From Vicugna vicugna (lineage: Eukaryota), in the NCBI GenBank assembly GCA_013265495.1, contig MU058451.1:760584-824583 (forward strand): DNA of 64,000 nt. The letters are read 5' to 3'. Position 1 is the stretch's first letter. Every line of letters begins with the position of its first letter. Positions 37,131 through 50,350 of this stretch are shown one piece after another. The notes below the pieces were generated by a model. It worked only from the letters and a program-made list of their open reading frames with translations. It made no database searches and was not told the DNA's origin. The position numbers and the translations under genes were made by a program.

Positions 37131-39554
37131 CTGTGCTCTTAACTGCTTAACTACTAGGCTAAACTCTCTGAACATATATCTTAGGGAATCTGCCTGTTGG
37201 ATTTATTATTATAATTAAATAGAAAGCCCATATAAATGGAATTGTCTCATTAAATTAGATGAGCACTTTTGTGTTCAGTAAATGTTAGCAGATGAATTAT
37301 TATGATTATCATCACCATTATCATTATTTGGCTTTTCACTTGGTTGCTGAGATACATTTACCATAAATGGACTCCCAGTTTTCTTTCACATTAGCTATCA
37401 TCATAAGACCCATTCAAAAGTATGCAGTTGTTTCTAAAACAAAAATTTCTTTCTGGCATTTCCAACCACAGTGTTTTGCAGTAACAGGTATTTTGAGATG
37501 TATAGTTTCTAAGCTGTGTCAGCAAAAAGCCATTCTGGTCAGTTTTTTAACATTTGATATGTAGCACGATTTATTTTTCTATCTTGCAAGGTCTGAAAAT
37601 GTATTAGGAATGACCAGATCTTAAGAAGCTATGAATTCAGTTTTAAAAATTAATGTGAAATAGTGTTGATAATAAAAATGTGCATAAATGTAATAGTGTA
37701 TAAAAGTCGTGTCCACCGTAAAGACTGACACATTGAAATTTTTATGTCAATGCTGAATCCTTCAGCAACAGCAGTGTGTCATTTAATACATCAGGAACAT
37801 GAAACTCCACAGAGGGTGAGTGTTCCGATACTTTGTGTTGCCTCCTCTGCATGTCTTTTTCATGTTAGCCCCGTGTTGCATAGCACCCTCCTGTTCAACC
37901 TGTTTTAAGGGCCTCAGTTGCTTAAATCAAGATCTCCATTCTCATAAACTTGATTTTGCCTTATAACATGCCTTACTAAGACCTTTGCTTGTGAGATTTT
38001 GGTAGACTGAGCTTCCATGTAATATGAAAAACATCTTACAAGTTTGGCTGTTTTCCTGTTTCCAAATCCACAGCTCCATTCTGAAATCTGAGTTTCTTCC
38101 TTAGAAAAGCTTTTATTTTTCTTCTTTATAGCTGGCTTTCTCTTTTCTACCATCACCACACCTGTGTCATATTATCCTGTAAATGCATATTGAGTGCAAA
38201 TGTATATTTCTCTTTGAGGGATATAAAGTAACATGTATTCAGAAATATGAATCCATTTCTACAGAATATATGCAATCAATCATTTCATGAATGAATGAAA
38301 CTTTGGTACTATTCTGGTACTTTCAAATAGCTTCTTAATAATTTTAGATATTAATAAATAAGTATGCCATTAACTTGTATGTATATGGCTCCCTTATGTA
38401 ACAAGGATGTGTTTTAGAATGGTTTTTCCCCAAAAGATTTTAAATGCAATTAGAGAATGAAGTAGGTATAGGTGGATAAATAAATAGCTTAGAATAGTTG
38501 GCTACTATGAATAAAAATCAGAAGTGAATTCTACAACTGATAAATATGTTTCCTAAAAGCTGTTTGTTCTAGGGACTTAAGAATTTGCTTTCCAAAAATG
38601 AACCAGCTGTTTCTCACCTCTATGAGCAACTAGGAGCATATGGGGAAACTTAATAATTTTAGTATATAGCACCTTTCACTCAGGCATCTCCAAAGAGCTA
38701 ATAGGTATTAAGCTCCTGCTAGACACCAACTCAATGGCACTTTTCAGAAAACAAGCCGTGCTCTCAACCAACTAAAACTGAAGTAAGATTTTGGTGGTGA
38801 TAGGTCTGCCAAGGTAGTCTTGGCAATTCCTCATTAACTATTCTCTCGGGAGGAAGAGAGGTGGGAATGAGATAAATGCTGCACAAACAGGATCTGGAGG
38901 ACTTGCTACAACATCTTGCAGTGTTAGGGGCATGTATATCCCATACTCATTTCTCTATTGGAAAACCTAAATCCTCTGTCTACATCTGGGCTTAAAAAAT
39001 TGAGTCATAACCCCACACTCCAAATTCCACCTTAGTTTCCCATTTAAATGTAATTAGAGCTTTTTCTTTTTTTTTTTTTTTCCTTAACTGGCTAAACGGT
39101 GCTTCTCCCCACTATTGAAACCCTCTTTTTCCCTATTCCTGTTTCCAAGCTATTGTTTAACCACAATTGCTCATTCTCCTCTTGGGAAGTCTACACTGTG
39201 CAATTTTTCCACACTTTTTCCATCCTTCTCAGCTACCAAAGACTCAATAGTGCCCATTTCTCAAGGACTTCAGCACCTTCCTTCATTTAATAAATATTTA
39301 TTGTAGGTCTACCATAACAGGGCCAGAGAAAAGACGGTAATTTTGTTTCCTGCTCTATTGAAGTGTAGATTGGCAGGCTTGATTGTTCACTCATCCATAT
39401 CTGTGTTTCTCTTGGATTCAGCTGGACATAATTTTCACATGCTCACCCAACCTATGCACATGCAAGTGTTCCATGAATCATTAAAAAATGTATTTAATTT
39501 ATAAATGTTGACAGGTCTTGACTGTTAATAAGAATTGCTTTGGATTTTTGAGTC

Positions 39555-39899
39555 TGTAACGGGGGCACACATTCGAGAATCTGCTTTTACCTTCTGAAAA
39601 GCTGTATTAGGTGTTGGCAGCCTTAAGTGAGTAGGGCGTGGGGCCCAGGCCAAAGTTCACAATAGCTTGCACCTGGTAAGAGGTAAATGTATGCATGCGC
39701 TAGTAGCATGAGTCAGCATTATGAACACTAGGCATGCACCACTAGTATTATAAAAGGACAAGTGCGTACACCTGAGGCACACATGCCACCCACCTGTACT
39801 GCAATAAAGTGCTGTTTTGCTCCATGTCGGCTCCTTGCGCCTTCTTCCAGTTGGGCAGCTCACCTCCTCGAATCCCTCTTCAGCCACCCTCAGCTGACA
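39555..39899 (+). mobile_element. Probable solo LTR of unassigned family
   Basis: TGTAAC...TGACA termini, with TATAAAA (39749), AATAAA (39803) and AP-1 TGAGTCA (39709) in LTR order. No TSD found. Confidence 0.5.
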
Positions 39900-40149
39900 T
39901 TAGGTTAATGATTTGTTGCTCTGTCAGTCTTTGGACTTTTGAAGGATAGTGTTTCAGAAGAGATTGTCAATCATGTTTTCAATAACATAGAAATAAACTA
40001 GGTGTGTTACTACTTTATTAACTACAAAGATCTTCCAGGGTTTTGTGTGCATGTGTGTGTGTGTGTCACTGAAAGCATGTCAATAAGTGTTTACCTGCAA
40101 ACATCAAGGGCTGTCACGGAAAATCTCAGGGCTCAAGAACATGTGCAGG

Positions 40150-41000
40150 GCACCTGACCTAGCTTGAGCATCAGCCCTGGTCCCTGTGGGAGGGAGACTC
40201 TAATGGAGATTGGATGGATCTAGATTAGCAGGTCAGATGCAAGCAAAAGTGATTCTGCCAGAGGGAGCAGCACGTCAAAGGGGCAGAGGTTGTACTGCAA
40301 GGTCAGTGAAAGGTGGCTTCAGAGACCAAGGTGGATGGTTTGAGATGAGTCTGAAGAGGTGGGCAGGGGTAGGGTCATCGGGCCTTTAGAGCCACTTTAA
40401 GGATTTTGGCCTTTATCGTATTGGGTCACCATTTTCCAGTCTCTACCATCTCCCACCATTACTCATCAGGACCTCAACCTCTCTTTTGCTGATTGTTCTC
40501 AATCACTGGCCTCACGATTCCTCAGCATCTCTCACTATTCCTTCACAGCTGGTGTAGATATAGCAGATAGCGCAAAAATTGTTAACGTTGGTGCTGGGTG
40601 AAGAGTACTAAGGAAGGGAGCAACAAGGAAAGGCTCACAGAAAAGGTGATGTTTGATCAGCAGCATTTCTACAGGTAGACATGGGCATTAAAAATCACAC
40701 CCGGATGCTGCTGTCATTCTGTGCAGAGTTAGCATTCAGAGGCTTTAACGTAGGGTGAGGGTGTGATCAGTTTGATCTCTTAGGAAGATACCTCTTAGAG
40801 GTAATTTGGAGAAAGGACAGAGCAGGGAGGGACCAGAGACAGCTTCAGTTAGGAATAGGCCTTGATAGTTTAAGTCAGACGTAAGGAGGACACAAAACTC
40901 AGGAACTAGGCTGGCAAAAAGAATGCTAGGTGAAAGAGGTTTTCAAAGAGAAAGATCTATAGGATTTGAGGACCAAGGAAAGCCAAGATTGACTTACAAG
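40150..41000 (-). mobile_element. L2 fragments
   Basis: 'gaggtgggcaggggtagggtcatcgggcctttagagccactttaaggattttggcctttat' and 'gtgatcagtttgatctcttaggaagatacctc'. Confidence 0.65.
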
Positions 41001-41249
41001 AGTTCTTTCTTTTGGCTAAGAATATGAATAATGAAGGCAATATAAGAAGTGGTAATGACAGGCGGTAGGATATATTTGGTGGTGAAAAAGGATAACTGAA
41101 TGGGGGTGAGGAGGAAGAAAGAATGGGGGTGATCTTCGAGATATGTTGGGTTCAGTATCTGTGATTAATAGGAATTTCAGACTATCTTTAATTTCCCAAC
41201 TTCCATCTCCCTCTCTAATACCTCACCAGTGACTCATGTCAGTTAATTC

Positions 41250-42060
41250 AAGGACTTTGGTTGGCAAAGACTTCCAGGTTCACATTTCTCATTTCACCCT
41301 CTCTTCTGAGCTCCAGATATGCATGTCTAGGTTCCTGGCACACATCTATGCCAGATCCGGTGCTCTCGGGGACCTCAGATTCAACATATTTAATTGGCCC
41401 TCCACGTCCCTTTCAAAGACCCCTGTCTCAGTTAAAGTGAGATGATGCTTTGAGGCATTATTTTCAATACCTCCTCTATCATGCCTACATCCAAAATCAT
41501 TGCCAAGTTCAGGTGATTACATGTCTAAGACTTGCTAAATCTTGTTTCCCTTCTTCCTTATTTACACTACCCTTGTCTTAGTTTGCGCCTTCAATATGAC
41601 TCAGCTGTCCTCTCCACCACATGTCTCTCCTACTTCTGTTCCATCCTGCACGTGGACGCCCAACTCATTCTCTCAAAGCTCAAATCATCTAATCATGTTT
41701 TTTCTAGGCAAGCAATAACAACACCAACCAACTGGCCAAAAGACAACAACAAAACCACACACACACAACTTTGATAATTCTCCTTTGCCTAACAGAATGT
41801 CCAGTTTATTTTCAAAGAAGATGTGTTCTTTCTTGCTTTGTTTCCAGCCCACTTTTTCCCATTTCCTTCCAGCAGGCAGTTTCTTGCACCCAGTGCTCCA
41901 TTCAACGTAATCCATATGCTGTTTTTCTCTGTAATTAAACCGCTCACCTCTGTAACCTATGCAGTACCTGAAACACTGCTCGGAGCATGGTGGGCACTCA
42001 ACAGATGCATTTGTATTTGGAACTGAGGTAATGATAGCTGTGTCTGAGTGAATGGAGAAT
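41250..42060 (+). mobile_element. L2 LINE 3' region
   Basis: 'ctcttctgagctccagatatgcatgtc', 'cacgtggacgcccaactcattctctcaaagctcaaatc', and terminal 'gagcatggtgggcactcaacagatgcatttg'. Confidence 0.75.
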
Positions 42061-42361
42061 TCCCATTCTTTTAGGGGATGGAGCAAAACAGCAGCAAAAA
42101 AGGTGTAAGATTTACTTCCTTTTAAAGATTCATTAACATTTAAAAATAAGTTAAAAAGGTACTATTAGAACGTGTGTCCCTCATCAGAGTGAAGGAATGC
42201 TTTTACCCTGAAGCTTGGATTGAAGTAAAGTAGAGCCCTCAGGTTCTAGACTTCTTCTTGGTTTATAAATAGTTTTATAGATTTGTACACTTTGTTTGTA
42301 GGGGTGACATGGGCAGCTGATGGAATGTATCACTCTGGAATTTATTGTTTGTTAGTCCATT

Positions 42362-42430
42362 CTTTTTTATTTTTAACTGAAGTACAGTCAATTATAATGT
42401 GTCAATTCCTGATGTACAGCACAATGTCCC
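42362..42430 (-). mobile_element. Very short L1 3' terminus
   Basis: 'ttttttatttttaactgaagtacagtcaattataatgtgtcaattcctgatgtacagcacaatg'. Confidence 0.75.
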
Positions 42431-42435
42431 AATAA

Positions 42436-42548
42436 TTTTTTTCTTCTTCTCCTCTCTTCCTTCTTCTTCCTCCTCCTCCCTCTCCCTCCCTCTCCCCACC
42501 TCCTCTCCCTCTTCTCTCCTTCTCTCCCTTCTTTTTCTTCTTCTTCCT
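42436..42548. repeat. 113-bp polypyrimidine (TC/TTC/TCC) tract
   Basis: All pyrimidines except one A at 42498. Confidence 0.95.
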
Positions 42549-45500
42549 ACATTATGTAGGAATTTATTCCTCTTCTTTCCTGAGGAAGTTAAAGTTGTTA
42601 ATTAGATTATGCCCAATATGTGCTTTGATCACTTCAGAAATGCCATAATTACAATTAAATTTTAAATGTCCCCAAATACACAAGGTAATGATACAGATAA
42701 GTGGAGTACTAAATCCCCAAGCCTCATTTTAGGACATTTAGCTTCAACATTCCCCCATACTAAACCTTTTAGGAGTTCTGTTATAAATAGTGGAATGGTG
42801 TGCTTTATGTCTTAAACCCTTCTTTCCTTAGTGTCAGGAAAATATGTAATTATAAAAGAAAACTAGAAACAATACCCACAAGAAAAGCCATCAATGTTCT
42901 AAAAACTGGAGATTCAGATACTGATCAAGTTGACTATAAGTACTAGATTATGTAGAAAAAATGTTCTGACTAATTTTCCTAATTTCCATTGAGCAACACT
43001 TGTTTAGAATCCAGGAATATTTAGGGGTCTTCATTTCATGGCTGCAAGAGTGACCCAGAAAACAGTGATTTGTCCAATACCCCATGGTTACCTGGTGGCA
43101 TTGGTGGGGTATCATATGGGTGAGCAGTAATTTCTAACTTACAGTTGGGGTGACCATTTCTACAACATTTCCCGGAATGTGGAGGAAGCTCATCAAAGGT
43201 CACGATGTGTATAATAATGCTGCATAACTGAGATTGCTCTGAATGCCACGTTTGTACTTTCTTCTCTGGGCCGATGAGCTGGTGATGGGGGCAAGGATGG
43301 TAACAATGGCCATCAGAACTCACTCTCTCCCTGAACTTTCAGAGAACCACTTTTCATATATTATATATTTCAGATTATATTTGAAAACTGAAGCTTGGCT
43401 GAATAGATAAATAGAAGTCTAGGGAGCTTTTGTCTTTTTCTGTCTGCTGAGTGTGGTCAGGTCTTCTCAGTGATCTTATGAACAATAAATAGTTTAATTT
43501 TTTTCTTTTTCTAAGAGTCAGTCTGAGGTGTAGATGAACTTCTCATGTGGCTAAAGCTTGTATATCATTGTAATAAGAGACTGTCATTAAAAACTTTCTA
43601 GAAACAATTTCTTAATGTATACATGCTGAGGAAAGTAAATTAATCATACATGCCAGCTATTTAATATTGTAATTAGGTGTATTTATAGATGCATCATCGA
43701 TGTGACACTAACACTTATTGGCAATGGATACATCATTAATGATCGCTGATACTCTGAGGATCTTGCTCCGGTCTTATTAATGCTTTATTGTGGAAAGGTG
43801 GAAAGTTCATTAGACCGTATGTATATGCATATGGGTATATATAATATATGTATTTTTAGGCTAAGATAAATATTTCTACATTTTCTTTCTTAGCTGTTTT
43901 CACAACATATAATGATGCTTTTTTAGAGCTTTAGAGAGAATAAATGATGCCGTTGGGGGAAGAAGTGCATTGTAAGGAGGGAGACGGGGTCATGTGAGGG
44001 AAAGGGGCAGAGGGACAGTGAGAAGGAGAGATCAGTGGAGCTGTGTGTGAGAGACCTGAGTGTGACCTGAGGGGCGTTTGAGGCCCTTACCTCACCAGTT
44101 ACCTCTCATCGCTTCTTCAGTATCACTACACAAAATTCAAAATTAAGTAGCAGCCAAGGTCAGACAGGACTAGCAGGAGGCTGTTTTCTTTCCATTACAG
44201 TAAGACCTTCTCTTTTAATTCAGCCCTTTATTGCTTCATTTTGTCTTTCCATTGCTTGAAGCTGTTGCTTGCTGTGTTATCTGTGGAGTAGAAACAATAT
44301 CTCTGATTTTAGAACTAGAACCCTGGTCATATACGAATGAGCACTAAGGTGGTGCTATCCATGCTTTCAAGGGCAATTCATCTGTTAGGCTGACACCCAG
44401 GGACTCATCTTTCCAAAAAAGAAAAAGAAAAAAAAAAAGACCAGAATAAACACATTCTCTACCATTCTATAACTTCAGGGGTATTTTACTAACTAGGTAA
44501 AACCCTTCAAAATTAGACTTTAAATGAATCTTATTTCATTCTGATTAATTTGAAGAAACAGCACTAGTTTCTGCAGAACTCCTTTCTCCAATAGATTATT
44601 TGTGTGCAAAATTTAGAACATATTAAGTTATTCAGGAGCATGAGTACTTGGCGGGGGGTGGGCAGTGTGGCTTCTGTTTTGTTATGCTGTTTAGTTTTAA
44701 TGCCAAATTGTTTTATGAAAATCCCATTGTTGTGAATTCACTCATGCAGAATCTATTTGGTTGTAGGCCATGTTGGTTTACATTAATATTATTTTCATTA
44801 TTGAATAAGTAAGGATCTTTTCAGAGGTTTGATAGTCTGTTTCAAGGAAGCTTTTTTCCCAAACATGCCTCAAAGGCTCATGGGACTATTTTTTTCACGT
44901 GTGATGTATTTATTTGTGTTGGTTTGCATGGATATAGCAATGATTTGCATGGGGAAATGAGGACATTTGTTAAAGCAGCCATCTCTGTGAAGCATGGTAA
45001 TAAATGTCTTCTTAGCTGTCTTTTCCCCTTAGTTAACAGATTCTTTTGAAAAAGTCAGTGGATGGTCATTACCTTAAATTCTGGGTATGCTAATTTCCTG
45101 CCATTTTTTTCTCCAAAATCTGTCTGACTGTTAAATTCTCTTCTTCCCAAATTATTCTTATAGAGAGAATCTTCTTGAATATATAAAGGCAAATATAAGA
45201 TGTCTTTTCTTTAAAACATAAGGGTAAAGCAGCCCAAATAAAGACTGTAAGAATAGAAAATGAATCTTTAAAATTTATCTAGGAGCAGAAGATAGATCAA
45301 ATGTTTCCAATTTATCCTGGAATTTGACATATGGCCTATTTACAATAGAAGATAATTGGGGTCAAACCCAATGGCCTTGGGGATTCTTTTGACCACCCAC
45401 CTCGCTGAGTGCTGACTTCCCAGTGTCAGGTAGCAGGTGCTATGGGTGGACTCACGGCTTTTAATCATTTTCTGTAAGTCTCATCAATGTTTTTTGGTTT

Positions 45501-47699
45501 GTTTTGCTTCTTTTCTGTTTTAACTTGCTGTATTTCTTAGCCTAAACGCTATGAGAGTTTTACACAACTATGACTGGAATAATTATTTCCTAATTTCTTT
45601 GACATACTATTTGAATTTAAATACACCTCAATGGAGAGAAGCTAATGGGAAACTTGACTTTCCCCGAAACTTCTACAAATCTTAGAGATATGCATATTCA
45701 TATAGGTGTGGCTTAGAGGTATACAGTCAGGGTAGATGTATGTATGCTGTGTGTGTGTGAGGGGACAGATGTAATTATATCTCTTCTGATCTTACTGGAA
45801 CTACTACCAGCTACTAAGGCAAGAAGAACTCCCATAGTGATTTGAGGCTGATAAACTTTAGCCCATTTGCTCACATGTTTTGCCCTTGAACCAGCCTCAG
45901 TGTGTACACTTCTGTTCATATGTATTTAGCTCTGAGAATCCTTGGCTTTGTCATTTTCTAAATAGAGGATTTTTTTTTTCTGAGCTTTGGGGGAATTTAT
46001 TGAGAGCAGCTTTCATACACTAAGACGATGCTGAGCTTTTCCCCATCACTGGCAGTTGTCAAAGCTGGTGGCCCCTTGATTGCCACTAGTGTGAGGTGTG
46101 AAGATTTGAAGTGTATTAGTTTTGAATAAAGAATCTGAAAGAATAGATCTGATATGATCACAAAGTATCTCATGATTTTGTAAGCTAGTTGCTTTTCCTT
46201 TACATTTCAAAGTTTATTGATTCCATGCCTAATAATGAACTCACATGCAGTATAATTTTTATCGAATGTAGATAAAGATTAAACTCAATGGGAAAATTTA
46301 CCTGATGTCATCCTTTTCTCCTTGTGTACATTTTTATTCACTTAACAAGTATGAAATGAGTGTCTGCAAGTGAGATGGAAAACAGGTGGCATGCATGCTA
46401 TACTTTCTCCTCTTGATCTCAGAGCAGACATCACTAATCAATCATCTGCAGGCTTGCTTGGTGTAGTCTAGTCATGAATTCACAATCTTTGTCTGTGTAC
46501 TTCTCCCTAGACAGACACTGCCACTAAAGTGGAAATGGGAAATAAGACATTTGTTATTCCTACTTTGTTATTTACTGAGCTCCGTTCTAGGCATTGCTGG
46601 GAAACACAAGTGTGAGACATAATTCTTTAAAGAGCTTGTAGTGTATTTAAAGAAAAACAAACAAACAAACAAAACAAGAGAGCAGCATAAGGCTTTAAAA
46701 TTCAATTTAAAATGAATTGTAATTAGAAGAGGGAAATATTTTAATCATCTGTCATATATTTAATCAACACAGCAATAATGTTTTATTTATTCTGATCCAG
46801 TAGTTCGAAATTCTATCTGTTCATTTCTTCAATTTATCAATAATTCACGGCCTGTGGATAGCTCTTGAAGAACAGCTCTGTGTCCTTGAACACAATTTCT
46901 TAGATGTTTTGAAGACAACTTTGCTTCCTTTGTTCCTCTGTGTTACCTTCATTTCAGGATTAACTTGGCTAAAGATCAGAAGATAGACAGCCTAGTCAAA
47001 AGTTACAATGTGTTAATAAATAAATGTTTATGTTCAGAGATGTCTGTGAAGAGCTAATGAAAAACTGAACTTAAAATAAAATCTCCTTAAATTGGATTAA
47101 TTTGGAATTTATGATAATCTGGTCAGGGCCTGGGTAGATGGTTACCAGTCTGTTAAGTATTTGAAAGGACTTAGAAAATGTTAATGCTGCAAATAAAGTT
47201 ATAAGACAAAGTCCTTAATGATGTTAGAGTATTGTTTTTAACAACTTTAGAAGCATCTGCTTTATTTTTTACAGTATAATTGCATGTAATCAGAGGTTTC
47301 CCTTTTGAATTCTCTTTTGATACAGTAATTATAAATGCTACTCATTAGTAAACTATGACCTTTTCTAGGCATTGTTTCTTGACCTCGTTCAAATTCCATT
47401 GTGTACTTAGAATTAATCATAACATTTCATTAAAAAATTTATAATTCAGAAATCAGGCAAATGTATTGGCTTCTCCTTATATAGTATGAGGCACTGTCTT
47501 GGTGCTGGTGGTTTTCTTTATCTTATTTCCTTTAAAAAAATTATTTCCCCAATCATACTTTAAACTCCAAAAAGAGGCATAGGATCCTAAAGGTCCTGGA
47601 AACCAGATGGCTTAAAATTAGATATCTAGATGGCATTAGGGTCCTAGCTCCACCTCCTTCAGGAGTGAGGGAAGCAGTAGAAAAACTAAGAACTTTGAA

Positions 47700-47810
47700 G
47701 TCCATCAGACCCAAGACCAGGTCTCAGGTTGGCCTTGCTCTCTAGTTGTGTAAATGCAGGAACTAAACTCATTTCTTCATTTATGAAATGAGGATAATTC
47801 CTGCCATCAA
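47700..47810 (+). mobile_element. MIR fragment
   Basis: 'actcatttcttcatttatgaaatgaggataattcctgcc'. Confidence 0.55.
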
Positions 47811-48004
47811 GGGGCTAGTCAGTCATGATTTAGTATAATAATTTTTGTAAAGAATTTGGCATAGGACTGTATATTAGATAATATACTTTTGTTTATAAGA
47901 AAAGTAAACCGATTCCAGCTAACTTCACATAAAATCAACTTATTATAGTTTCTCTGTCTCTGTCTCTCTGTCTCTTTCAAATCTAAAGTTATTGCTACAT
48001 CTTG

Positions 48005-48290
48005 GGCAGAGAACATATCAGGGCAATGTTGGAGTTCTCAGCAGTAGGATTGCATGATTATTTTCTACAAGGGTTTACATTAATAAGGCTCAGGTTTAGC
48101 CAGTCTCTGGTTACATTCCTGAGGGAGAGACTCCCATGAGCTCATCTAGGTCGGGTATAGATCAATCAGCTTTGGCCGGGAAGCGTGGAAACACTGATGA
48201 CGTAGCTCCTGGGGCCCCACTCTGTGTGTAAAGTGTGCCTCCCTCAGAGGGGGAGTCAGGCAGCGAACCATTTACTGTGTTCCACCATAC
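48005..48290. mobile_element. Old MLT-type LTR fragment
   Basis: 'atcaatcagctttggccgggaagcgtgg' and 'cctgagggagagactccca' resemble old MaLR LTRs. Confidence 0.45.
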
Positions 48291-48894
48291 AGCTCCTGAT
48301 GCACCTGCTCTTGCTCGTGCATTTGTGTTCACACAAGCCCACCCTACCTTCTCCTATTTTCAGATGTAAACTGCTATTTGGTTAGAATTAAACTGATTAA
48401 TCTAACTTCCCTCTGAAATCTTCAGTGGAGTCCAAGCAGAACCTAACTGCTCAAAGGCAAGGAAACTTGGGGTGCCAGCCAGAATCATAGATTAAATTTG
48501 AGTCTTAGAACTGATTTTCTGGACCTTTCCATTCAGGTAGTAGTCTAGAGTCTGGCCTCTGTAGAGGTACAGTGGAGATTTCTGAATTCCTTTATCTACC
48601 ATTAGCCTATCAACAGCGTGGCCACCTCTGAGTCATAGAATTTCTTCTGTAATGTAGAGGAAAAGCCCAAGAGAGCTGGAGGATTTAACTGCAAGTCCAC
48701 CCTTTCTGGCCACAGGTATTGTGAGGAGACAGACACATTTAAGGGAAGCATGGAATGAAACACGAGTTGCCCTATTTCTCTCTCAGACCAAAGTTCAGAA
48801 GAAAGGAGACCATCATATCAGTTGATGGGGATTTGAGGGTAGAGTGGATTTTATCATGTTCATATCTGGGAGTCTGGGAAGAGGTGGCCCTAAG

Positions 48895-49081
48895 CAGTGG
48901 TTCTCAAAGTGTGGTCCCAGGATTACCAGTAATCAGTATTGCCTGGGAACTTGGTGGAAATGCAGATTATCGTGCCCCACTCTAGACCTACTGAATCTGA
49001 AACTGTGTGATGAGGCTCGGCAGTCTGTGTTTTAACAACCCCTACAGATGTTCTGATGATAGCCTAAGTCTGAGAACTACG
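48895..49081 (+). mobile_element. MER5A (hAT-Charlie) MITE
   Basis: Termini 'cagtggttctcaaagtgtggtcc' ... 'tctgagaactac', and internal 'gacctactgaatctgaaact'. Confidence 0.9.
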
Positions 49082-50217
49082 ACCCCTCTCCTCCTTCCCT
49101 GCCTGTCTCTGCTGCCTCTATTTAGGGCAGAGGAGATTGGAACCAGAGACAAGTTTGTTCCCCAAAGGCCCTTGAGATTCTGCACGTATAAGATAATTGT
49201 GGTCTTCTGACTGTGTACCACTGGCATCACAGTACACAGAGGTGCCCTATGGAGGCTCCTCAGGTTTCAACTGTATTCCTCTTACATCCTGTGGGGAAGT
49301 AACAACCATATTTTCCCCATGCAATGAGAAATACTCTAGCAAAACAAAGATCTGTGACCCCTTACCCCGAACTTCTGAAATGGCATATGGAAGACTTGCC
49401 TTCTAATGCAGTGGAATCATTATTTGTCTCTAGGAAGAAGCATTCCTCTTTTGGGCACTAAAGTCTTCAATCAATAGAGTTTAAAATCTTGGCCATGAAG
49501 CAGTTACTTTGCAGATGAATCATTAGGTACATTTATGAGAAGCACCAGCTCCACCTACCCAGACGGCTTCCCAGATTTCTTATATTCTGACCATTAAAGA
49601 AATGGCAATATATTTGGGCTGTAGGCCTACAGTATACATTGCATCCCTCAAGACAGTATCCCAGAATCATCACTATAGCTGAGTCATAAGGTCAGTGTCA
49701 TCTTTCTAAAAAGTCATCTACCTCTGCATGACAATGAAAATGAGAAGACTACAAATTCATAGGGATGAGCCCGTTACCACACTATGTAAGAAGTCAAAGC
49801 AGTGTGTAAGGGATTCAGTAAATCCATGTGCAGAAATGATGGTGGTTTATCAGCCATGCAGCCTACAGCATTCTGTTATAGCAGCCTGAACACACAGGAA
49901 ATAACTAAGACAGTAAATAACAAGTAGTGGACCGAGGGGTACAAGTTGGGGACACCAGGGATGACTGTGGAGGAATTCCTCAACCACAAGGCTTCTTTTA
50001 AGTAAACAGGGGGTTGAGAGGGTCAGTATTATCAGGTGGGGCATTCTCTGACTTGGGGACCTAGTACCAGACATCAGCAAGAATGTAGAACTGAATTCTT
50101 CTTTGAATAGCAAGAGCCTAGAAAACCGAAATTATTTGTCCAAGGTTACACAAGTGACTACTGTCAGATTGAGAGCTAGTATTCCTCCCAAACTAGCCAT
50201 TCATTAGGACAGATCCA

Positions 50218-50350
50218 GCACAGGGAAATATAGCCATTATTTTGTAATGGTTTTAAGGGGATATAATCTATACAAATATTGAATCACTATGCTGTACACC
50301 TGAAACTAACATAATGTTATAAATCAACTGTGTTTCAATTTAAAAAAAAT
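50218..50350 (+). mobile_element. 5'-truncated L1 3' end
   Basis: 'gcacagggaaatatagcc...gaatcactatgctgtacacctgaaactaacataatgttataaatcaac' followed by an A tail. Confidence 0.85.
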
